This document shows positions 28,279-36,432 of a stretch of 64,000 bases of DNA, one piece after another. Position 1 is the first letter of the stretch. Every line of letters begins with the position of its first letter. The DNA comes from Patescibacteria group bacterium (GTDB lineage Bacteria > Patescibacteriota > Patescibacteriia > UM-FILTER-42-10). The DNA lies in contig JBAYKW010000001.1 of assembly GCA_041664365.1 (NCBI GenBank), positions 244,465-308,464 of the forward strand, written 5' to 3'. A program made the position numbers and the translations under genes. The notes under the pieces are model-generated. The model had not been told where the DNA came from. It was given only the letters and a program-made list of their open reading frames with translations, and ran no database searches.

Positions 28279-29436
28279 TTATAGATTAGAAGATGTTTCT
28301 GATTCGTTCTTTTTTGGAGATTCACCAATTAATACATATCGTTTATCAGGAAGCTTTTTGAACTTTGATTTATCTGTTAACGCTAAATGGATTGTATTTT
28401 TTCTGACGACTCTCTGATCAAGCACGCGCCGTACTAATTCGTCTCTGGATAATGGTTCAGTGGATTTTTCCAGAATCTTTATTAACACATCAGAAACTAC
28501 GCCTGGTTTATACCCCCATTCCTGAAGCGCATAGATTCCCCTACCAACCAATACAAAGTCGCTGTTTAAAATAAGTTCATTGTGAACAGTCGGAGGATAT
28601 GCTTTCCGCCGGTCAAACTTTACCTTGTTAATAAGTTCTGTAATATCATTGAAATGCAACGGCTTACCTTCCTTTTTCAGTACAAGATATATTTTGTCTT
28701 TCATCCGTTTCGGATTAATTGTGCCCCATTTTGCCAATCCATACTCATCAAATGGATTGCTGTCTATTTTTTTGCACAATGTAATGTATGAATGAATACC
28801 TTCATCAGTCAGCACTTCGCTTTTATTGACAAAATATTCTGTTTTGTGAAACTTATACAGCAATTCATCCAATTTCATCGGTTTATTTTCTTTTTCAAGA
28901 ATCTGAACCAATTGATTTACCGCTTCATAAACGAAATCGAGCGATATCTGAGGAAGACTCCATGATTTATTTATAACATTTGATTCCGGAAAACGAATTA
29001 TTTTTTTTGATATCAGTTCTTCAAGGATAAATACCGCGCAATTGTTATTAATCGGATTATCTGACGCAAAATTCAACAGCTCTCTCAGCAGCGAGTTTTC
29101 GTCCATTATTCCCCCATTGCGGTTAAGTACATTTGAAATTGTGTGCTCAAATTCAGTTGAAACACGCGTAAACTCTCTCAAACTTTTTATTTTCTTAATA
29201 GCTGAATTTTCAATTTGTCTGATCCGCTCTCTTGTAACATTATAGGCCTTTCCAATTGCCTCTAGAGTTTCCTTTGCCTGTCCGCTTAAACCAAAACGAC
29301 GTCTTAAGACGTCTTCTTCTTTGTTTGTAAGGTATTTTAACAATGATGAAACCGTATCACTCGGGCTAAAACCTTCGATTTCTGCTTCTTGTTTTGAGCT
29401 TATTACCTTGTCTAATATTGAATTTTGATCTGTCAT
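28279..29436 (-). CDS. sigma70 region-4 HTH plus HARE-HTH (RpoE/delta-like) protein
   Basis: RRRFGL..TLEAIG..YNVTRERIRQIE; later IYLVLK..GKPLHF..I, HNEL, VGRGIYALQEWG; no sigma region 2. Confidence 0.8.
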   Translation of the reverse strand: MTDQNSILDKVISSKQEAEIEGFSPSDTVSSLLKYLTNKEEDVLRRRFGLSGQAKETLEAIGKAYNVTRERIRQIENSAIKKIKSLREFTRVSTEFEHTISNVLNRNGGIMDENSLLRELLNFASDNPINNNCAVFILEELISKKIIRFPESNVINKSWSLPQISLDFVYEAVNQLVQILEKENKPMKLDELLYKFHKTEYFVNKSEVLTDEGIHSYITLCKKIDSNPFDEYGLAKWGTINPKRMKDKIYLVLKKEGKPLHFNDITELINKVKFDRRKAYPPTVHNELILNSDFVLVGRGIYALQEWGYKPGVVSDVLIKILEKSTEPLSRDELVRRVLDQRVVRKNTIHLALTDKSKFKKLPDKRYVLIGESPKKNESETSSNL

Positions 29437-29465
29437 AATTGTTGTTAACTAACTGTAATACCTTT

Positions 29466-29494
29466 AGTATAGCATAAGGTTGAATATGTGTCAA
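29466..29494 (-). promoter_or_regulatory. sigma70 promoter
   Basis: TTGACA-17bp-TATACT with extended TG. Confidence 0.75.
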
Positions 29495-29510
29495 GAAAGT
29501 GGTCCTAACA

Positions 29511-29538
29511 AAAAACCGACCAGCTAATAGATCAGTTT
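29511..29538 (-). terminator. putative intrinsic terminator after secF
   Basis: AAACUGAUC/GGUCGGUUU stem running into a U-tract on the minus strand. Confidence 0.45.
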
Positions 29539-29557
29539 GATTTCATTTAATGCAATT

Positions 29558-30457
29558 CTATTTCCTTTTTGAAATATACTTCTGCCAGATTAATAAAAAT
29601 GGGCTGGCAACGAATATAGACGAATAAGTCCCGACTACTATACCTATGATTAACGCCAGAACAAAGAATTTAATAGATTCTCCACCGAATAAGTACAAGG
29701 CAACCAAAACCAGCAAGGTGGTAAATGAAGTGTTGATGGACCTGACTATTGTTTCATTTATTGCTATATTTATTGATGTTTCAAAATCATTATTGGAAAA
29801 CTTAATCAAACGTTCTCTTATTCGATCATAAACAACTATCGTATCATGGACAGAGAAACCAAGAATTGTAAGTAAGGCAGTTACGAATAGCGCATCTACC
29901 TGCACATCCAGGAAGTAACCGAGAGCAGCAAATACCCCAGTCACAATTATAATATCATGTGCAAGCGCGATGATTGCGCAGATGCCAAATACATACGCCG
30001 GCACCGGACCGCCGGAAATCTTTCTGAATGCCCAGGATAAATATACAATAATAGCGCCCATTACTATCAGTAGTGCGATAATCGATTTCTGCCGTAATTC
30101 TTTTCCAATAGTTGGTCCAATTGATTCAAATGATATCTCCTCAACTGCCCCAAATTTTTCATTTAAAGATACCAGAATTTCCTCTCTTTGACTGTTTTCA
30201 ATCGTTTTCATCCGGATCAAAACCTCTTGATCTTTCACCGGTTGAACTACTAATTCACCCAAATCAAACCCCTGCAGATTTCCCTGAATATCCTGAATAG
30301 TTGGCCTATCACCTTCGAATTTCACCTGCAATAACGATCCCCCATTAAAATCAATTCCGAGTTTCAAACCACCCATAGACAGAAATACAATACTTGCAGC
30401 GACTAATATCCCTGATATCGCGAACCAAATTTTTCTTGTTCCTATTATGTTGTACAT
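29558..30457 (-). CDS. secF: protein translocase subunit SecF
   Basis: GIDFNGG, IGPTIG.EL, AL.HD, GFSVHDTIVVYDRIRE, RSINTS, GTYSSIFVA; start at 30457. Confidence 0.96.
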   Translation of the reverse strand: MYNIIGTRKIWFAISGILVAASIVFLSMGGLKLGIDFNGGSLLQVKFEGDRPTIQDIQGNLQGFDLGELVVQPVKDQEVLIRMKTIENSQREEILVSLNEKFGAVEEISFESIGPTIGKELRQKSIIALLIVMGAIIVYLSWAFRKISGGPVPAYVFGICAIIALAHDIIIVTGVFAALGYFLDVQVDALFVTALLTILGFSVHDTIVVYDRIRERLIKFSNNDFETSINIAINETIVRSINTSFTTLLVLVALYLFGGESIKFFVLALIIGIVVGTYSSIFVASPFLLIWQKYISKRK

Positions 30458-30458
30458 A

Positions 30459-32126
30459 TTATTCCTGATTTTTAACTCCAAATAACCAAAGTCTTTTCCA
30501 TTTTTTGATTGCAACTATTCTTAAAAATGTTCTGCTTACTGTTATTGCGGAAAACATACTAAGCAATATTCCGATCGCCAAGGTTATCGCAAATCCTTTT
30601 ATTGAGCTGGTTCCAAACCAAATCAGAATCAAGCAGGTTATGAGCGATGATACATTGGAATCCCGGATTGATGGCCATGCGCGTTTGAAACCGTCCTCAA
30701 TTGCGCTTAATATCGGCTTACCTGCCCTCAATTCTTCTTTCATACGTTCAAATATTAAAACATTTGCGTCTACTGCCATGCCGATAGAAAGTATAAACCC
30801 GGCAATACCAGCAAGGGTCAGTGTTACGGGCCACAATTTAAAAGTTGCCAGAACAAGTAACGCATAAACCCCTAGAGCAAGGACTGATAATAAACCCGGC
30901 AATCGATAATATATAATCATAAACAATGCCACCAATAATATTCCGAGTATCCCCGCAAACATACTCCGTTCAACTGAGGTCTGTCCCAAGGTAGCGCCAA
31001 TATTTTGCTGGTTTAACAAGGATATCGGTATCGGCAAAGCACCGGAATTTAGTCTTCGGGTTAAGATTTTTGCTTCCTCCAGGGTAAAACTGCCGGATAT
31101 TACAGCCTCGCCGGATGTTATTTCCGCCTGAACGACCGGGATACTGATCGGAGCATTATCTAAATATATCGCAACCGGTTTCCCTAAATTGCGCTTTGTT
31201 ATTTCTGCGAATAATGTTTTTCCCTCATCATTAAATTTAAGGCTGATTTCCGGTTCGGCCGTGGACTGGTTGAACTGAACCTGCGCGGAAGCTAAATGTT
31301 TTCCTGATAAACCGGTATTTTCGTAATTTGACGCTGCCGCCGCCTCTTCAGATTGTGTTAATATCAGAATATGACGTGCTTTAGCTTTTTCTTCTTCAAG
31401 ACCTTCTGCGTTAACGCTCGATGTGAGACTTTCAACCTTGATTATATGATAGCCGTACTGGGTTTTAACCAATTCCGGATAAACCTTACCGACCTCAGCC
31501 TTACCGAATACAACTTCATCAAATTCCGGTACCATCGCTCCACGACCAAATTCACCTAAATCCCCGCCATTCTTTGAAGATGATCCCTCGCTTTTTTCAT
31601 CCGCAAGTGTTGCAAAATCATTGGCATCATCTAAAGCGGACAACAGTACTTCTTCTGCCCTGATTTTTGCATCGGCATTATATGCTTCCATTGCCTGAGT
31701 TTGCTCTTCGTTCAGTTCCGGTGTTTTTTGCTCTCTAAATTCAAGCAGTGGCGTCTCCCCAATCATTTGAATTGCCTGTGATACATCGGTTACACCGGGA
31801 AGTTCAACGATTACGCGGTACTCGTCTCCAGATTTATTGGTTTGCACAACCGGTTCCGAAACACCAAAGGAATTCACCCTTCGCTCTATAACATCACGAA
31901 CCCCTTCAATTGCATCTGGTCTTTCTGCGGACGGAATATCAGATGTATCAGCTTTATATACTAAATGAGTTCCACCCTGCAAATCTAAGCCAAGGTGAAC
32001 TTTAATCTCTTTAAAATAGTTTCCAATTCTTATATTCGGACCTTTTGGCCAATCTGTGAAACCAGCTAATACTGCCAAAACGACAATAAGGAGTAGATTC
32101 AGCCACAGTTTTTTTCGAATTGCCAT
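30459..32126 (-). CDS. secD: protein translocase subunit SecD with an inserted parvulin PPIase domain
   Basis: LGLDLQGG, RVNSFGVSEP, SGALP, GMAVDANVLIFER, DSNVSSLI; insert carries GGDLG, MVPEF, GYHII, ARHILI. Confidence 0.95.
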   Translation of the reverse strand: MAIRKKLWLNLLLIVVLAVLAGFTDWPKGPNIRIGNYFKEIKVHLGLDLQGGTHLVYKADTSDIPSAERPDAIEGVRDVIERRVNSFGVSEPVVQTNKSGDEYRVIVELPGVTDVSQAIQMIGETPLLEFREQKTPELNEEQTQAMEAYNADAKIRAEEVLLSALDDANDFATLADEKSEGSSSKNGGDLGEFGRGAMVPEFDEVVFGKAEVGKVYPELVKTQYGYHIIKVESLTSSVNAEGLEEEKAKARHILILTQSEEAAAASNYENTGLSGKHLASAQVQFNQSTAEPEISLKFNDEGKTLFAEITKRNLGKPVAIYLDNAPISIPVVQAEITSGEAVISGSFTLEEAKILTRRLNSGALPIPISLLNQQNIGATLGQTSVERSMFAGILGILLVALFMIIYYRLPGLLSVLALGVYALLVLATFKLWPVTLTLAGIAGFILSIGMAVDANVLIFERMKEELRAGKPILSAIEDGFKRAWPSIRDSNVSSLITCLILIWFGTSSIKGFAITLAIGILLSMFSAITVSRTFLRIVAIKKWKRLWLFGVKNQE

Positions 32127-32161
32127 ATTAATCGCACTAATGCTAATTAAACGATGTAGAG

Positions 32162-32190
32162 ATTATACACAAAAATACTATAATCATCAA
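32162..32190 (-). promoter_or_regulatory. sigma70 promoter of secDF
   Basis: TTGATG-17bp-TATAAT. Confidence 0.6.
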
Positions 32191-32200
32191 CTAAATATCA

Positions 32201-33610
32201 TTAGTCATGAATAATCACCGAAATTCCTAGATTTGCCCATTGATAAAGCCACGCTGAATCCTTACGTGACATATTTACACAGCCGTGGCTCATTCGATGG
32301 CCAAAATTGTTATGCCAGTACGTACCGTGAATTGTATAAGCACCGTTAAATGACAAAACGTACGGAACATCTTCAAGATCATAATTGTCCGGATTATCAG
32401 GGCCATAAAACCAGCTCATATCCGTGGATTCCCGCTTTCGGAAAACCTTGAATTCACCGGTCGGTGTATCAAATTTCCCTTTTAATCCGGATGAAATTAA
32501 AAATGATTTAATTAATTTGTCATTTTCGTATGCATACAATTTCTGATCGGTAAGATTGACCTCGATATATTTATACAAGTCCATTCTACTTTCGTATGTC
32601 CACGTGCTCGGGACTGTAATAATATCATCTTCGCCATCACCTGTTATATCGCCGCTTGCGAGGTTTACACCTCCTCTAAAATCTTTTTCATATGCAAAAA
32701 AATCACCGGATAGCAATTTCCCATACGCTTCAAATATTCTGATGTGCGGACCGCCGGCTCTGGTTGGTGCAACTATTACTTCATCAAACCCGTCATTATC
32801 GATATCACCGGCCGATACTCTTACCCCGCCTTTATAATTATCCGGGAATGCTTCAAAATCCCCCAACACTGATCTTTGCTTATTGTATTTATAAACCTTG
32901 GTCCATGCTTTACCAAATTTTTCCACAGCCATGACGATTTCTTCTTCCGGACCACCGTCAAAGTTACCGACTGCAATTGACACACCCCCTCTATCATTTG
33001 ACCTGAACGGAAAGAAATCAATTCCCTCAAAATCGCCCTTAAAATTAAACACGCGCACGTGAGCTCCTCCTGAGGATCCCGGCGCCGCGACTATCTCATC
33101 CTTTCCATCGCCATCGACATCACCAACAGCTACGTTTACACCGCCAAGCATATTGTTAGCAAAAGCAAAAAAACCGGATGTAAACTTAGGTTTCCCAGAA
33201 ATATCAAATATTCTGACATGCGGTCCTCCTCCCGCTCCGGTTCCTGTTACAATCTCTATCGAACCATCTCCGTTTAAATCACCGCATGCCACTGTTATCC
33301 CGCTTCTGAATGTATCCGCATAAGCGAGGAAACTGGTAACTTTAGTAGAATAAGGCCAGATAATTTTAACATTTGGCTCTGCCCCCGGACCGGAACCTAC
33401 TATTATCTCATTTTTACCGTTATCATCTACATCACATGAAGCCACGGATAAACCCCCGGCATAATCGTTCGAATACATATTTAAGTTTCTTTTCATCTGT
33501 CCACTGGCATCAAAAACACGTATTTCAGGTAACCGTGTTTTGGTATAAGCAAGGGATATTGATGGAATTGTTATGAATACAACTGCAATGAATAATATTT
33601 TCTTTATCAT
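32201..33610 (-). CDS. secreted FG-GAP-repeat protein with C-terminal L,D-transpeptidase (YkuD) domain
   Basis: Signal peptide; repeated GGPHVRIF...GGV.VA.GD.DGDG.DEI; TPTG, IHGTYW..SHGCVN. Confidence 0.88.
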   Translation of the reverse strand: MIKKILFIAVVFITIPSISLAYTKTRLPEIRVFDASGQMKRNLNMYSNDYAGGLSVASCDVDDNGKNEIIVGSGPGAEPNVKIIWPYSTKVTSFLAYADTFRSGITVACGDLNGDGSIEIVTGTGAGGGPHVRIFDISGKPKFTSGFFAFANNMLGGVNVAVGDVDGDGKDEIVAAPGSSGGAHVRVFNFKGDFEGIDFFPFRSNDRGGVSIAVGNFDGGPEEEIVMAVEKFGKAWTKVYKYNKQRSVLGDFEAFPDNYKGGVRVSAGDIDNDGFDEVIVAPTRAGGPHIRIFEAYGKLLSGDFFAYEKDFRGGVNLASGDITGDGEDDIITVPSTWTYESRMDLYKYIEVNLTDQKLYAYENDKLIKSFLISSGLKGKFDTPTGEFKVFRKRESTDMSWFYGPDNPDNYDLEDVPYVLSFNGAYTIHGTYWHNNFGHRMSHGCVNMSRKDSAWLYQWANLGISVIIHD

Positions 33611-33640
33611 GCCTACATTGTATCAAAACCTTTCAAAATA

Positions 33641-33670
33641 AAAAAGGAGTGTCTTACACCCCTTTTTTTT
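33641..33670 (-). terminator. intrinsic terminator
   Basis: GGGGUGU-AAG-ACACUCC followed by a U-tract; A/T tracts on both sides. Confidence 0.75.
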
Positions 33671-33678
33671 AGATCAAA

Positions 33679-34017
33679 TTATTCCATCCATTCCTTTGTT
33701 GCATCTCTGTATGGATCCTTTGCCTCAAGTTTGTCCTTAATTCTTAATAAAAGACTTGTCACCCCCTCATCATCAAACATCCCATACGCTCCATTTACTG
33801 CCTCAACAAGCTCAGGATTAAGCTCAGCTGATATATCAGCTTCTAGCACTTGCTCTAATTGGGGCACTAGTGCCGCCTCAAGTCTCCTTAACTCAGGTTC
33901 ATTCCTTTGCAACGGATCCTCAATAGCCCAACGATCCGTAATTTCATTTAACTTGTCACTTACTTCATGTATATCAACCCGTGGATTTGATATATCTAGT
34001 CTTGGTTCTCCCGGCAT
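33679..34017 (-). CDS. small acidic hypothetical protein, monocistronic
   Basis: 112-aa ORF with its own promoter (TTGCAA-17-TAGTAT at about 34051-34079) and terminator. Confidence 0.7.
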   Translation of the reverse strand: MPGEPRLDISNPRVDIHEVSDKLNEITDRWAIEDPLQRNEPELRRLEAALVPQLEQVLEADISAELNPELVEAVNGAYGMFDDEGVTSLLLRIKDKLEAKDPYRDATKEWME

Positions 34018-34081
34018 TGTTTTAGAGATTAATTATTAGCTTATAATTTCATACTACTTTCAAAGAATAAATATTGCAAAT

Positions 34082-35509
34082 TTAGTCTTTAACTACCACT
34101 GTCGTCCCGACGTCCGCCCAGTTATACAATTTTTCTGCCGGACCAACGCCCAGTCTTACACAGCCATGGGAAACTCTGATACCAAGATGATTCTGACCTT
34201 CCTTATATCCATTTGCCCACTCAGGAAGCTCATGTAGACCGTAACCTCGTGCATCAAACTGCATCCAGAAAGGCATGTACAAATTATATTTGCCGGAATA
34301 CGCTCTACGGTTCTTATTTTGAATTTTAAATGTCCCAAGTGGTGTTGGCATTGACCACTTTCCTGTCGACACTACTGCAGTATCAACTAAATATCCTCTC
34401 TCATAATATTTCAATGTTTGTTCTGAAATATCAATTTCAATATATTTTTCAATATCTGTTCTGCCCTCAGTTGATCTTTTACTAGGCGCTACAATAATCT
34501 CATCTGACAAATCGTTGTTTAAGTCGCCGGCAGCAACGAATACACCCCCACGAAATTCGTCTTCATATGCAAAAATTGAATCTGAATGCGGTGCGCCATA
34601 TGCTTCGTAAATTCTCACATGCGATCCGCCACCTGTGTTCGCGGCGGCAATAACTTCATCAAACCCGTCTCCGTCAACATCTCCACTCGCGAGATTAATC
34701 CCACGTTTGAATGTTTCAGGAAAAGCTTTAAAATTTCCAATGACAGTTTTATTATCATTCATTTTATAAACTTTGACCCAAGCGTCATCTGATGACTGAA
34801 CACCAAATATTAATTCTTCTTTTGCACCACCGTCAACATTTCCACAGGCGACACTCAGTCCTCCCCGATAATCTGCTGTAAAAGGAAAAAAATCCATACC
34901 AGTAAAAGCACCGTCCTTTTCAAATACTCTCGCATGCGGTCCTCCCCCGGGTCCTGCACCGGTGACTATTTCTTTATCACCGTCTCCATCCACATCGCAG
35001 GTTGTGACATTTACACCTCCTCTGAAATCACCTTTGTAGGCAAAGAAACCCATTGTAAATTTTGGATTACCATTGCCGTCAAAAACTCGAACGTGCGGAG
35101 TTGCTCCTGATCTTGTACCGACAATTATTTCATCCTTACCATTTCCATCCAAATCTCCAGTTGTAATATTGATCCCTTTTTTATATTCGGCATCATACGC
35201 AAGAAAGCTGAAAATCATATTTCCGTTGGAATCAAATATTTTCACATGAGGACCGCCGCCAACACCCGGCGCAACGATAATTTCTTCTTCTTTATCTCCC
35301 CTAACATCACCGACGGCAACAGATGCACCGCCTTGGAATGATTCATCATATGCCATGAATGCTTTGTCTTCAGAATAGTCATCAGTTGAATACACCTTTA
35401 CTTCCGGAGATCTTGATTCCGTTGCAAAGACAATTCTGGGAATCAAAAAAACAGTACTTGCGAGTACTGCCAATACGAATAGATTGATTCTAATTTTTTG
35501 TTTTGTCAT
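34082..35509 (-). CDS. secreted FG-GAP-repeat L,D-transpeptidase (paralog)
   Basis: Same repeats; VSTG...PTP.G.F, LHE...SHGCVRL. Confidence 0.88.
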   Translation of the reverse strand: MTKQKIRINLFVLAVLASTVFLIPRIVFATESRSPEVKVYSTDDYSEDKAFMAYDESFQGGASVAVGDVRGDKEEEIIVAPGVGGGPHVKIFDSNGNMIFSFLAYDAEYKKGINITTGDLDGNGKDEIIVGTRSGATPHVRVFDGNGNPKFTMGFFAYKGDFRGGVNVTTCDVDGDGDKEIVTGAGPGGGPHARVFEKDGAFTGMDFFPFTADYRGGLSVACGNVDGGAKEELIFGVQSSDDAWVKVYKMNDNKTVIGNFKAFPETFKRGINLASGDVDGDGFDEVIAAANTGGGSHVRIYEAYGAPHSDSIFAYEDEFRGGVFVAAGDLNNDLSDEIIVAPSKRSTEGRTDIEKYIEIDISEQTLKYYERGYLVDTAVVSTGKWSMPTPLGTFKIQNKNRRAYSGKYNLYMPFWMQFDARGYGLHELPEWANGYKEGQNHLGIRVSHGCVRLGVGPAEKLYNWADVGTTVVVKD

Positions 35510-35533
35510 TTTGTTTTTTGTTTTGGCTACTTC

Positions 35534-35619
35534 AATAATATAGAAATAGGCCAGAGATGGCCCGATATTTTCGATTTTTGTTTTCGAAATATATATTATT
35601 TTGAGGTCATCTCCGGCCT
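35534..35619 (-). promoter_or_regulatory. structured 5' leader (long hairpin, possible pseudoknot)
   Basis: 15-bp inverted repeat 35548-35562/35605-35619 with an inner stem, between the promoter and the ATG at 35509. Confidence 0.5.
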
Positions 35620-35663
35620 CTGTTTTTTATTTTTCTTTTTGTTTTGTAATGAACTATATATCT

Positions 35664-35692
35664 ATATTAGCACATTTTTTGGCTTCTGTCAA
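35664..35692 (-). promoter_or_regulatory. sigma70 promoter
   Basis: TTGACA-17bp-TAATAT with extended TG. Confidence 0.7.
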
Positions 35693-36432
35693 TGCTTTTT
35701 TCCGATATATACACCATTAAAGCCTTTACTGAAGCTGACTCGCTCCCCTTTTTTCAAGTAATATCTTTCTTGTGTTTCAAAATTATAATGCTTAGCTAAA
35801 TTCTCTATTTCACTTAATCTGAACGCGTGACAATACCGGTTTACAATTACTTTGCCATCGGGATTTTTCCACGGCTTTTCTGTGTCCAGGAAATCCAGTT
35901 TCGACTTACCTGCTATTTTTTTTATTATATTATTTACAATCAAATTTCTTCTGCTTTTTTCCCACATATTCCAATATGTCATTATGAACACTCCACCCTC
36001 TTTCAATACCCGTGCTATTTCTTTCACCGATTGCTTACGCAATTCGCGCGATGGAATGTGATACAAACTTGCGACCGCAAAAACTATATCAAATGACTGA
36101 TCAGCAAATGGCAATTCTGTTGCTGATGCTTTCATAAAACTATAGCTTGAAAGTGAACTGGTAATTTTTTCATCAGCATTTTCTTTGGCAATTTGAACCA
36201 GATTAGCAGAGGCATCTATTCCCACATAACTTACTCCGTATTTTGCCAGAAAATTTAGCAGCCTGCCATTTCCGCATCCGACATCCAATACAGAAGACCC
36301 TGTTTTTAAGTATTTCTCGAAATCATAAAACTCGTCCCAGTCTCGATAACGGGTTTGGGAGAAACGCTCAGCTATGCTATCATAATCGGACGCCACTTTT
36401 TCTAATATCGAATTTGCTGTATTCTTATCCAT
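35689..36432 (-). CDS. class I SAM methyltransferase, Trm9/ALKBH8-like (tRNA cm5U34 methyltransferase candidate)
   Basis: Y..IA..FSQTRY..W, VLDVGCGNGR, FD..FA.A...H..SRE.R, MTYW, PW, RY.H.F...E; start MDKN at 36432. Confidence 0.75.
   Translation of the reverse strand: MDKNTANSILEKVASDYDSIAERFSQTRYRDWDEFYDFEKYLKTGSSVLDVGCGNGRLLNFLAKYGVSYVGIDASANLVQIAKENADEKITSSLSSYSFMKASATELPFADQSFDIVFAVASLYHIPSRELRKQSVKEIARVLKEGGVFIMTYWNMWEKSRRNLIVNNIIKKIAGKSKLDFLDTEKPWKNPDGKVIVNRYCHAFRLSEIENLAKHYNFETQERYYLKKGERVSFSKGFNGVYIGKKH

Noticed and set aside
23882-35691. Alternative genetic code (UGA=Gly, code 25)
   Set aside because: Conserved genes are intact under code 11, and TGA ends mnmA and the methyltransferase at the expected positions.
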